From a virus (lineage: Duplodnaviria > Caudoviricetes): a stretch of DNA of 46,015 bases. The stretch covers positions 1 through 46,015 of the IMG/VR virus record IMGVR_UViG_3300032241_002818. One strand, written 5' to 3'. Positions 17,907-26,628 of the stretch are shown one piece after another; position 1 is the first letter of the stretch, and each line of letters begins with the position of its first letter. The position numbers were made by a program, and so were the translations under genes. The notes under the pieces are model-generated. The model ran no database searches. It was given only the letters and a program-made list of their open reading frames with translations, and was not told the origin of the DNA.

Positions 17907-19616
17907 ATGTCACACATTAGAATAGACAACGCGAAAGCGACAAAGAAATGGGCACCAGTTTTAGAAAACATGGGTGTTACAGGTGATAGAGTTGAATGGA
18001 TGGCGGAATACGCTGAGTTTCACTCAATCAATGAAAATGCATATGTAAATGCTTCTAACGTAGCAGGTATGGGTGCAGTTGTTAATCCAGGGATTAGCTC
18101 ATTAGCTGGTAGTACTTTACCATCTTCTGGTTATGCTAACTCAATGGCTGGATCAGGAGACGTAGGTCAAAACCTTTTACCAGTTGCTATGAAAATTGCT
18201 GCTCAAACTATCGGTTTGGACTTAGTAGCAGTTAAACCAACACCAGGTCCGAAAATTGATTTACTTTATATTGATTTCCAATATGATGATACTAGAATGG
18301 ATCCTAACAATGAAAACGAAAGACCACAAGTTTTCAAATTACAAGCAACTAACCAAGCTGCTATTAATGCTGTATTAACAGCTAACTTACCTGCTGGTGC
18401 TAACTTAAACTCTGGTGGTATCGTTGGTGGTAGATTATTCGTAGCTAACTTTACAACTTCTACTGCATTATCAGCAACTGAACCAACAGCTAATCAAAAT
18501 TCAAAATATGGTGTTTTGGAATTCTTAGGTTTTTCAAGAGTTGATGGTTTCCCAATGTTTAGAGCTTATAGACAAGCAAACGTTGCTGGTACATCTGCTA
18601 ACACATTATGGTCTTTTGATCAAACTAAAAACTCTTTTGGTCCAACAACTTCTATGAATTCTCAATTGTTGTTCATCGGTACTCAATCTGTATCTGGTGC
18701 TGCTGTACAATTAGTATCTGCATTAGAGGATCATATCCCAGGTTTCTCTGCTAACTGGACTGCTAATTTAGCTTCTGGTGATTACCCAATGGGTCGTCAA
18801 GCTGATGATGATTCTTACTCAGGAGTTATCGGACCAAAAATCTCTTCTAAAACTATTGCAGTTGGTACTATTGAAGTATCTTCAGCTTTAAGAAGAACTG
18901 AAATTGAAGATATCAAAGCTAACACAGGTATGGACATCGTTCAAAAAATGGAATCTATCCTTGTTAATGAGTTATCTCAAACAATTTCTAAACAAATCGT
19001 TCAAAAAATATTTGAAATGGGTACTTTAAATAGAAGTAATGCACCTCTTGCTAATGCTCAAGCTGGTACAATTGCTAACCAAACTATATTTGACTTAGAT
19101 ACTGCTTATGCTACTGTATCTGGTGGAAATGGTAATGTTGGTGGTGAAACTACTCACGCTGTTCAAAGAAAGTTGATCACTAAAATTGCTCACGCTTCTA
19201 ACTACATCGCAACTGAGGGTCGTGTAGGTCCAGCTCAATACCTTATCACAAACGGGGGACTTGCTGCTGCTCTTCAAGATATCGCTGGTTATACTATTAA
19301 CCCAGTTAGATCTAAATTAAACGGACAAGGTCAATTATACCCTGTTGGAACAATAGGAGATATCGCTATCTATGTTGATCCTTACATGAGATATAATGAT
19401 AACAGAATCGTTTTAGGTAGAAAAAACAATCCTGATCAACCAGGTATCATTTTCGTACCTTATTTAATGGCACAATCTATCTCAGTTATATCTGAGGCGA
19501 CTTTTGCACCAAGAATGCTTTTGAGATCGAGATATGCTGTAGCAGAAGTTGGTTGGTTCCCACAAAAACAATTTATGACTATTCAAGTTAAAGATGCTGC
19601 TCAATTATTGAACTAA
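17907..19616 (+). CDS. Major capsid protein (T4 gp23-like)
   Basis: KKWAPVLE N-terminus, LDLVAVKP, IYVDPY, GIIFVPY and TFAPRMLLRSRYA motifs. Strongest codon bias in the window; follows the protease/scaffold gene. Confidence 0.93.
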   Translation: MSHIRIDNAKATKKWAPVLENMGVTGDRVEWMAEYAEFHSINENAYVNASNVAGMGAVVNPGISSLAGSTLPSSGYANSMAGSGDVGQNLLPVAMKIAAQTIGLDLVAVKPTPGPKIDLLYIDFQYDDTRMDPNNENERPQVFKLQATNQAAINAVLTANLPAGANLNSGGIVGGRLFVANFTTSTALSATEPTANQNSKYGVLEFLGFSRVDGFPMFRAYRQANVAGTSANTLWSFDQTKNSFGPTTSMNSQLLFIGTQSVSGAAVQLVSALEDHIPGFSANWTANLASGDYPMGRQADDDSYSGVIGPKISSKTIAVGTIEVSSALRRTEIEDIKANTGMDIVQKMESILVNELSQTISKQIVQKIFEMGTLNRSNAPLANAQAGTIANQTIFDLDTAYATVSGGNGNVGGETTHAVQRKLITKIAHASNYIATEGRVGPAQYLITNGGLAAALQDIAGYTINPVRSKLNGQGQLYPVGTIGDIAIYVDPYMRYNDNRIVLGRKNNPDQPGIIFVPYLMAQSISVISEATFAPRMLLRSRYAVAEVGWFPQKQFMTIQVKDAAQLLN

Positions 19617-19636
19617 TCTTAACTAGTTAAAAATAA

Positions 19637-19674
19637 TAAAAACCCCTTAATTTCTAAAATTAAGGGGTTTTTTA
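19637..19674 (+). terminator. Intrinsic terminator after the major capsid gene
   Basis: TAAAAACCCCTTAATTT-CTA-AAATTAAGGGGTTTTT. Confidence 0.9.
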
Positions 19675-19722
19675 TTAAATATTATAAACATTTTATTATT
19701 ATTTTAATATAATAATAAGTTT

Positions 19723-21273
19723 TTGAATAAAAAGTATTATATTTATATAATGGATAATCGCAAAACTAAAATATTAGAAATATTAAACAACTCATCTTCT
19801 AGGTTAAGAGAAACATATTTTATTAGAAATTATTCTGAAATTCACAATGATATAATTTCATTTATATCCAAAATAGATGATATTGGCGAAATTTCATTCC
19901 CTGAAAAAATTTGGTATTGGGTAAATGATCTAAATAAACCATTCACTTGTAAATGTGGTAAAAGAACAACCTTTAATAAAAATTGGTTAGATGGATATAG
20001 GAAATCATGTTCTGCTAAATGTGCACAAACAGACAAAGAAGTCAAAGAAAAAAGAAAAAAGACAACCATAGATAAATATGGTGTTGATAATATTGCAAAA
20101 TTAGATTCAATAAAAGAAAAAACTGAGAATACCAATATGGAAAGATATGGTACTAAATCAACATTCCAAAACCAAGAAGTTCGTGATAAATGGAGTAATA
20201 CTATAATGCAGAGATATGGTGTTGATCATTATTTTAAAACCGATGAGTTTAAAATAAAAACTAAAAAATATTATTTACAAAAACATGGAGTTGAACACCA
20301 ATTAAATATAGATGAGGTAAAAGAACAAATTAAAAAAACTTGTTTATTGAGGTATGGTGTTGATACGTATTTAAATACCGAACATTCTAGAAACTCTATT
20401 AAAAAAATAAATAGATCATCACATGAAGATGTCATAATATCTTGGTTATTATCAATAGGTATTGATGAAAACGATATTATAACTACTGAAAAACAATTAT
20501 TGAAACCATTACACTTAGATATATATCTACCCAAGTATAAACTTGCAATTGAATTTAATGGGTTATACTGGCATTCTGAATTATTTAAAAGTAAAAATTA
20601 TCATTTAGATAAAAGTCTAAAATGTGAGGAAAATGGTATACATTTACTTCATATATGGGAAGATGATTGGAAAAATAGTAAAGATATTATAAAATCAATA
20701 ATACTTAATAAATTATCTAAAATTGAGACTAAAATATATGCAAGGAAATGTGAAATAAGAATAGTTAATAACGAAGATACGTCAATATTTCTAAATGAAA
20801 ATCATATACAAGGATATGCAAATTTTAACACTGCATATGGATTATACTTTAATGATGAATTAGTAAGTCTTATGTGTTTTGGTTGGAGATCAATCAATGG
20901 TAATAGAGAATATGAATTAATTAGATTTTGTAATAAAAAAAATACAAACATTATAGGCGCTGCTTCAAAATTATTCAGTTTTTTTATAAAAAATAATAAC
21001 CATATAGATAAAATGATATCATATGCCGATCGTTCTATGTTCACTGGTGACATGTACAAATCATTAGGATTTATCTTTACACATAGAACAAATGGGAATT
21101 ATTGGTGGGTTGTTAACGGATTACGTAAACATAGATTCACATATAATAAAAAGAAATTAGTTAAAATGGGACATGATCCTCTCAAAACCGAAGTTGAAAT
21201 AATGCACGAAATGGGTAATTATAGAATATTTGGTTGTGGTCAAGATAAATGGACTTGGAATAGATTTATTTAG
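19723..21273 (+). CDS. Free-standing homing-endonuclease-like protein (KYGV repeats, PD-(D/E)xK nuclease, Hef-like C-domain)
   Basis: Same architecture as 3628..5430 with a closely similar C-terminus (LDIYLP..AIEFNGLYWHS, YELIRFCNKK, DPLKTEVEIM). Likely start at ATG 19750. Confidence 0.7.
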   Translation: MNKKYYIYIMDNRKTKILEILNNSSSRLRETYFIRNYSEIHNDIISFISKIDDIGEISFPEKIWYWVNDLNKPFTCKCGKRTTFNKNWLDGYRKSCSAKCAQTDKEVKEKRKKTTIDKYGVDNIAKLDSIKEKTENTNMERYGTKSTFQNQEVRDKWSNTIMQRYGVDHYFKTDEFKIKTKKYYLQKHGVEHQLNIDEVKEQIKKTCLLRYGVDTYLNTEHSRNSIKKINRSSHEDVIISWLLSIGIDENDIITTEKQLLKPLHLDIYLPKYKLAIEFNGLYWHSELFKSKNYHLDKSLKCEENGIHLLHIWEDDWKNSKDIIKSIILNKLSKIETKIYARKCEIRIVNNEDTSIFLNENHIQGYANFNTAYGLYFNDELVSLMCFGWRSINGNREYELIRFCNKKNTNIIGAASKLFSFFIKNNNHIDKMISYADRSMFTGDMYKSLGFIFTHRTNGNYWWVVNGLRKHRFTYNKKKLVKMGHDPLKTEVEIMHEMGNYRIFGCGQDKWTWNRFI

Positions 21274-21305
21274 TTTTTATATATTAAATCTTTAATATAT
21301 ACTAT

Positions 21306-21824
21306 ATGAAGGTTTTAAAATATAATGAATTTATAAGTGAAACACTTATGAACCCATCTAATGATGATTTGAAGTATTTCAAACAAATGGATTTAAATAT
21401 TAAACATAAATATTTATTTGATCAATTGGGTAGAAGATATAATATTTGGTGGTCATTAGACAATAAATCAAATGATTTTTTAGTAAAGATGTATACAGGT
21501 AGATATGCAATTGATTTGGGTGGATTTGGCCCTAGCTATAATGATATATGGATGAAAGCTACAGGTGAATTAAATGGTGATAATATAATCGGTGCTAACT
21601 TGCTTATAAAAGCTATTGGTGATGATAAGATACCAAGTGAAATAATAAAGGATGCTAGTTTAATAGTTAGAAAAAATTCATATAAGATAGTTGATGATGA
21701 AGAAATTTCACTTAGTAAAATAGATTATGTTGATATCATATTTTGTGGTAAAGACTATGTAAATAATTATCAAAATAATGAATATTACGTTAAAATAACA
21801 CCTGGAAATATATCAATACAATAA
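21306..21824 (+). CDS. Hypothetical late protein with T4-like capsid-targeting N-terminus (putative internal head protein)
   Basis: Starts MKVLKYNEFISE; AATATATA lies 4 nt before the ATG. Confidence 0.6.
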   Translation: MKVLKYNEFISETLMNPSNDDLKYFKQMDLNIKHKYLFDQLGRRYNIWWSLDNKSNDFLVKMYTGRYAIDLGGFGPSYNDIWMKATGELNGDNIIGANLLIKAIGDDKIPSEIIKDASLIVRKNSYKIVDDEEISLSKIDYVDIIFCGKDYVNNYQNNEYYVKITPGNISIQ

Positions 21825-21826
21825 AT

Positions 21827-22633
21827 ATGAAAAAGATAAAATTAGATAAATTTGAATATAATCCAAAAGATCCAAGATCTACATTTCTATCTTTGGTAAC
21901 TAAAACATATCCTCATGGATATGAAGATAAAGTATTAGAATTTTTACCAAGTTTGAAAAAGGATATAGTTGGTAATTATTATCATATTATTGGATCTGAA
22001 CCAACAACAATGTTTACCTCCCATTTAGATTCTGCTGACCAAAAACAAAATGATGTAAATCTTTATAGCTATATTGAAGATGGTGAAGAGATGATAGTTT
22101 CTGATGGTAAATCTATTTTAGGAGCAGATGATAAGGCCGGTGTAACTATAATGCTTTATATGATGGCTAATAACGTTCCTGGGCTTTATTATTTTTTCAT
22201 TGGTGAAGAAGTGGGTGGTATAGGATCTAATGAACTATCTGAAAAATTAATTAACATTGATTATTTAAAAAGTATCAAAAGGTGTTTATCATTTGATAGA
22301 AGGGATTATTCATCCATAATAACACATCAGATGGGTGGTAGATGTTGTTCAGAAGAATTTGCTAATGAGTTGTGTAACGAATATAACAAATTAGGTTTTG
22401 ATATGAAACCAGATAATACTGGTATATTCACTGATTCTGCTTTCTTTATTGATTTGATACCGGAATGTACTAATATATCTGTTGGTTATTTCAATGAACA
22501 CACACATAAAGAAAGACAGAATATGTCATATTTGATTAAATTATGTAGTGCTAGTGTATCAGTTAATTGGGATTCTTTACCACCGATTAATAAATTAGAA
22601 GAAAGAATAAAAAAATTTAAAAACTTTATTTGA
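21827..22633 (+). CDS. Zn-dependent peptidase, M28/M20 family
   Basis: SHLD, LGADDKAG, GEEVGGIGS, SFDRR, TD and NEHT metal-ligand motifs. Confidence 0.85.
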   Translation: MKKIKLDKFEYNPKDPRSTFLSLVTKTYPHGYEDKVLEFLPSLKKDIVGNYYHIIGSEPTTMFTSHLDSADQKQNDVNLYSYIEDGEEMIVSDGKSILGADDKAGVTIMLYMMANNVPGLYYFFIGEEVGGIGSNELSEKLINIDYLKSIKRCLSFDRRDYSSIITHQMGGRCCSEEFANELCNEYNKLGFDMKPDNTGIFTDSAFFIDLIPECTNISVGYFNEHTHKERQNMSYLIKLCSASVSVNWDSLPPINKLEERIKKFKNFI

Positions 22634-22674
22634 TTATTAATATATAATATATATCTTTGTAAGATAATAACAAG

Positions 22675-23036
22675 GGGGGTGTCATTAGATTTGCCTAGCA
22701 GATTGGTGATAATTATGCAAGTATCGGGTTTTCATATGTCCGATTAATAAATTAGATGATAAACGTCGTAAATGGCAAAACAAATGAAGTAGGAACTCGT
22801 GAAGACTTAGTAGCGACCCTTAAAGCAATTGGAGTTAACACTCCTGAGTTGGTTTAATAAGAGAACCAATTAAAAAAATTCTCCGACTGTATCACACAGT
22901 AAATGTGAAAACCATTTTGTTGGACTTTGGGTTAAAATCAACTATTTTGTGTGTGTAAGAAAAACACACTAAGCTTGTAAACGAATAGTTGTTAACAACT
23001 GATTAGTACATGGGAGGCAGTTTCCCTTCACCTCCA
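22675..23036 (+). ncRNA. ssrA: tmRNA (one-piece)
   Basis: 5' GGGGGTG pairs with 3' CACCTCC(A), including the G3-U alanine identity wobble; T-arm-like GGGAGGCAGTTTCCC; 362 nt long; internal tag ORF after GTAAAT ends in tandem TAA TAA. CCA is not encoded. Confidence 0.88.
22774..22857 (+). other. tmRNA tag reading frame: (A)GKTNEVGTREDLVATLKAIGVNTPELV*
   Basis: Resume codon GGC follows a TAAAT context; 27 sense codons, then TAA TAA. The resume position is inferred from context. Confidence 0.7.
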
Positions 23037-23039
23037 CAA

Positions 23040-23068
23040 AAGAAACCCACAATTTATTGTGGGTTTTC
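23040..23068. terminator. Terminator hairpin downstream of the tmRNA, overlapping the stop of the convergent HNH gene
   Basis: AAACCCACAAT-TT-ATTGTGGGTTTT. Confidence 0.75.
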
Positions 23069-23683
23069 TATTTTATCCTTTTTAATATCTCTATTAGTTC
23101 TACTACAAAGAGGTTGTAAATTACTATAATGTGATAGATTATAAATATCATCTTCCGTTTTTGCCTTTGATAATGGAATTATATGATCCAAGTCCCACCC
23201 ATAGTCCAACTCACCATTATACTTACCATAGTTTTCCCACGTCATCCAATCTTCAAATTTTGATTCTAAATAAGTTTTAAGTTCTTCAAATGAACATCCT
23301 AGCTTATCCAAATAATATGATTTATTAGGTGATTTATTACACCCACCTCTTTTTAAAAATCTATTTAGTCTTCTAGAAAATGATACTTTTAACTTATATA
23401 CTGGATCTTCCATTCTTTTTAGGTGATTTTTTCTTCTTTTGATTTTCTCTTTTAATTTAAATTCTGGATCATCTATATTATTTTTCAAGTATTTTCTATT
23501 TATTTGATTTTTTATCGTTCTCCTTCTATTCTTTTCTTCTTCGCTTAAATTATCAAATCTAATTTTAACAAGTTCATTTAAACAAGTTTTGCATTGATTC
23601 CTATAACCATCTTTTGCATTTTTCCTTCTACTAAATTCATTAAGTTCTTTTTCTCTTTCACATCTTATACATATCTTTATCAT
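23054..23683 (-). CDS. HNH homing-endonuclease-like protein
   Basis: N-terminal CxxC..CxxC; LGCSFEEL..LESKF..MTWENYG..WDLDHIIPLS..HYSNLQPL..N. Confidence 0.8.
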   Translation of the reverse strand: MIKICIRCEREKELNEFSRRKNAKDGYRNQCKTCLNELVKIRFDNLSEEEKNRRRTIKNQINRKYLKNNIDDPEFKLKEKIKRRKNHLKRMEDPVYKLKVSFSRRLNRFLKRGGCNKSPNKSYYLDKLGCSFEELKTYLESKFEDWMTWENYGKYNGELDYGWDLDHIIPLSKAKTEDDIYNLSHYSNLQPLCSRTNRDIKKDKIENPQ

Positions 23684-23737
23684 AACTAATTATTATTTTT
23701 TTCATATAAGTATATATAAAAAAATATCTCTCTCCTT

Positions 23738-23905
23738 ATGGAAAAATATAAAGAAACTAATAAAAAATCAAAGAAAAACTACAATTCTGATAAAACATTT
23801 ATTCAGATATCAAAGGTGTTACATAACAGAGTAAAGGAATATTGTAAAGATAATGATATTAAAATAAAAGATTTTATTGAAAAGATTATAACAGAAAGAT
23901 TATGA
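23738..23905 (+). CDS. Small ribbon-helix-helix-like DNA-binding protein (55 aa, not in the ORF track)
   Basis: MEKYKETNKKSKKNYNSDKTFIQISKVLHNRVKEYCKDNDIKIKDFIEKIITERL has the RHH beta-helix-helix pattern. Confidence 0.55.
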   Translation: MEKYKETNKKSKKNYNSDKTFIQISKVLHNRVKEYCKDNDIKIKDFIEKIITERL

Positions 23906-23951
23906 GGAAATTATTAGATCAGTTGTAAGTACTCAAAAAATAAATTACAAT

Positions 23952-24266
23952 ATGTGTAAACATTTAAGCAAACATCTAAATAAACATTGGCTTTATGAAA
24001 AAGAATATTTTTCATTATATGATGAGTATATTTCTTATGATACCTGTGGGTTTATATTAGAAACAACAAGAGAATATGAAATTTACAATAGATTAATAAA
24101 TAGATTTTATAATTTATATAAAATGAGAAATGCACCAAAGAGTTTTAGGAAAATAAGAAATAAATCACAAAAAGCAAAATCTAAACAAACCTTAATAAAA
24201 ATATTAAAAGGTTATAATATAGAATTCAATGATAATTATAAAGATGCTTTTTGGTATTATTGGTAA
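23952..24266 (+). CDS. Hypothetical basic protein
   Basis: 104-aa ORF; NAPKSFRK..WYYW C-terminus. Confidence 0.55.
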   Translation: MCKHLSKHLNKHWLYEKEYFSLYDEYISYDTCGFILETTREYEIYNRLINRFYNLYKMRNAPKSFRKIRNKSQKAKSKQTLIKILKGYNIEFNDNYKDAFWYYW

Positions 24267-24286
24267 AAAATAAATAAATAAATAAA

Positions 24287-24802
24287 ATGATTGATAGATT
24301 TGACGGAAGATATGGGTTTTTATCTAATTTTTATCCTTGTGAAATAGAATTCCAAGGAATAAAATATAATAGTGTCGAAGCATATTATGTTGCGATGAAA
24401 TGTAATAATGAGCAATTACTCAATGGCACACAATATAGTGTAGCTGATTTTAGAGAAATGTTATCCAAAATAAATAACCCAGGTTTAGTTAAAAGAATAG
24501 GGCAACAAATGAGAGTCAGAAGGGATTGGGATGATAAGAAACTAACATTTATGAATTGGGCGATCAGGGAGAAATTTAAAGATGAGAATTTAAAAGAACT
24601 TTTAATATCAACTGGTGATTTAACTTTAATTGAAGGTAATTATTGGCATGATAATTTTTATGGTCAATGCACTTGTGATAAGTGTAAAGGTAAAGGTAAA
24701 AATAATTTAGGTAAAATACTTATGGAGGTTCGTAATGAACTAAATGGTATAATTAAACAAGATTTTTTAGGTGATATATTAAAACAATCTGATAAGATAT
24801 AA
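24287..24802 (+). CDS. NADAR (YbiA-like) family hydrolase
   Basis: FLSNFYP, SVEAYYVAMK, KF..LKELLISTG..LIEGNYWHDNFYG..GKNNLGKILMEVR. Confidence 0.88.
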   Translation: MIDRFDGRYGFLSNFYPCEIEFQGIKYNSVEAYYVAMKCNNEQLLNGTQYSVADFREMLSKINNPGLVKRIGQQMRVRRDWDDKKLTFMNWAIREKFKDENLKELLISTGDLTLIEGNYWHDNFYGQCTCDKCKGKGKNNLGKILMEVRNELNGIIKQDFLGDILKQSDKI

Positions 24803-24814
24803 TATAACTTAATA

Positions 24815-25522
24815 ATGGATATAATTGATTTGATTATTGATGGAAATTTTACACTTTTTGAATATAATGATTATTACAAAGAGGATAAATATCTTATAGA
24901 CTTCCAAACATATAAAATTTCAGTTGCTTCACCAATTTCATATCCGAATATTGATGAAATGTATGTATTAAATCATTACATCTCACAGATTAAATCTGAT
25001 ATTAGAAATCATATTGATAAAAAGTTAATTGAAGAATTTAATACATCTTATGAGTATGAAGTTATAGATTTAAGAAAAAGTGGATTTAAAGTAGGTAATG
25101 ATTTAAACAATTATATAATAGGATTTACTGAATATAAGAATTTAATATCAAATGTAAGGATTTGCTCTAATATACAAGATGGTGTACAATTTAATACACT
25201 ACCCTTTAAAAATGCATCATATGGTACATCATATATTGTTGGAACTCTTTATGATAAAAATATCTATGTTAATCCATTTTTTAAATACAGTGATACTAAA
25301 TTATTTTTACTTAATGATATTAAATTAAATATAGGTGAAATTAAATTTAATGTTGTATCAGAAGCTGCCATTAGTCCTAGATTAATCCTAGATATACCTA
25401 TATCATTTAAAATTGGAGAATCAAAGATTATTTACATAAGAGATGAAGAGCAACCAGATTTACCATCCGAAGTAATTTCTAGAATTAGAAATGAGAAAAT
25501 AAATAATATTTTAAATGGATAA
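24815..25522 (+). CDS. Truncated major-capsid paralog with C-terminal RxxK-Ixx-I motif
   Basis: YIVGTLYDKNIYVNPFFKYSD and VVSEAAISPRLIL align with MCP YPVGTIGDIAIYVDPYMRYND and VISEATFAPRMLL. Ends IRNEKINNILNG. Confidence 0.7.
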   Translation: MDIIDLIIDGNFTLFEYNDYYKEDKYLIDFQTYKISVASPISYPNIDEMYVLNHYISQIKSDIRNHIDKKLIEEFNTSYEYEVIDLRKSGFKVGNDLNNYIIGFTEYKNLISNVRICSNIQDGVQFNTLPFKNASYGTSYIVGTLYDKNIYVNPFFKYSDTKLFLLNDIKLNIGEIKFNVVSEAAISPRLILDIPISFKIGESKIIYIRDEEQPDLPSEVISRIRNEKINNILNG

Positions 25523-25802
25523 GAAAAAAAGAAGTTCTGCATTATTTGTAACAACTGATACAAACAATAACAATAACAATGTTAGTTTAATTGGGAAAAT
25601 TACCGAACCACCAGAGATATCAGTAGATATCGATGGCATTGGTAGAATGGATCGGTTGGTTTTAGTTGACCAAAAGACTGGTATTGAATGGGAGTTATCA
25701 ATTTCAGATGGTAATATTTTAATAGAACCATATGATTTGGTAGAGAAAAGGGATTTTCGTATAAATAAAGTTATATACAATGGAAATAGAAGAGGAATTT
25801 AA
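25515..25802 (+). CDS. Small hypothetical protein with near-C-terminal RDFRINKVI motif
   Basis: 95-aa ORF overlapping its neighbours in an operon. Confidence 0.55.
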   Translation: MDKKKRSSALFVTTDTNNNNNNVSLIGKITEPPEISVDIDGIGRMDRLVLVDQKTGIEWELSISDGNILIEPYDLVEKRDFRINKVIYNGNRRGI

Positions 25803-26127
25803 TAGAATACATGAATTGGGTTTTAATATTACAATAGATTGGAATATGTGCTTTGCTATTGATTATATAAACCCCAATTCATCTTCACCATTAAATGATA
25901 TGATAAACATACTAGTATGCTCTTATGAGCTCTCTATGGACATTAAATTCATAGAGATTATGGAATACTCAATAGATATATTTTATGAATGGTATAACAA
26001 ATATAAAAACAATCTACTTAAAATGAATGATGAGGATTTATTTGATATAACTTTGGGAAATGTATCAAAAAGAGTTAAAAGAGATTTAAACTTAGACAAA
26101 CTTCTACCAAGAAAAAAAGAGAGTTGA
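25780..26127 (+). CDS. Small hypothetical protein with near-C-terminal RDLNLDKLL motif
   Basis: 115-aa ORF followed by a hairpin. Confidence 0.55.
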   Translation: MEIEEEFNRIHELGFNITIDWNMCFAIDYINPNSSSPLNDMINILVCSYELSMDIKFIEIMEYSIDIFYEWYNKYKNNLLKMNDEDLFDITLGNVSKRVKRDLNLDKLLPRKKES

Positions 26128-26141
26128 AAACTCCCTTTTTT
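26112..26141. terminator. Probable bidirectional terminator
   Basis: AAAAAAAGAGAGTT-GAA-AACTCCCTTTTT between convergent genes. Confidence 0.6.
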
Positions 26142-26143
26142 AA

Positions 26144-26605
26144 TTATTTCTTTTGGAACATAGTATCCATTATTTGATACATCGCATCAGCAACTCCATA
26201 TGAATCTACACCAAATTTACCTGAATATTTATCAGCCAATTCAACCATATCCTTCTCTAGGTCTGTCCAAGGATCATTTTCTATTTCTTTCTTAGTATTA
26301 TTTTTACCTAATACTTCATCCCAATCAAAATCTTCACTAAATTTTTTAATAGTATTACTTTCTTTGGTGTTTTCAACTTCTTCAATAGCATCTAACTTAT
26401 CCTTAATCTCTTCAGGTGTTTGTTGTGTTACTTTATGAGTAATTGGATCAAATTCATTTCTAAAATTTCCAATATGTTGCTGATCTTCTGAATTACGTTT
26501 TGTTTGTAGATTAGCTTTTTTTAAACTATCTTTATTACTAGCATAATCACTGAAGTTAGCAATTTTTCTATTAACATTAAATGTTGGTTGGTTATCTCTA
26601 TTCAT
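26144..26605 (-). CDS. Hypothetical late protein (possible internal head protein)
   Basis: AATATATA 4 nt before the ATG; internal KIANFSDY and IKKFSE segments resemble the targeting motif. Confidence 0.55.
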   Translation of the reverse strand: MNRDNQPTFNVNRKIANFSDYASNKDSLKKANLQTKRNSEDQQHIGNFRNEFDPITHKVTQQTPEEIKDKLDAIEEVENTKESNTIKKFSEDFDWDEVLGKNNTKKEIENDPWTDLEKDMVELADKYSGKFGVDSYGVADAMYQIMDTMFQKK

Positions 26606-26628
26606 ATCTTATATATTATTTTATAAAA

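Noticed and set aside
22675-23036. tRNA-Ala gene
   Set aside because: The acceptor halves are about 350 nt apart, with no anticodon arm and an internal tag ORF: tmRNA.
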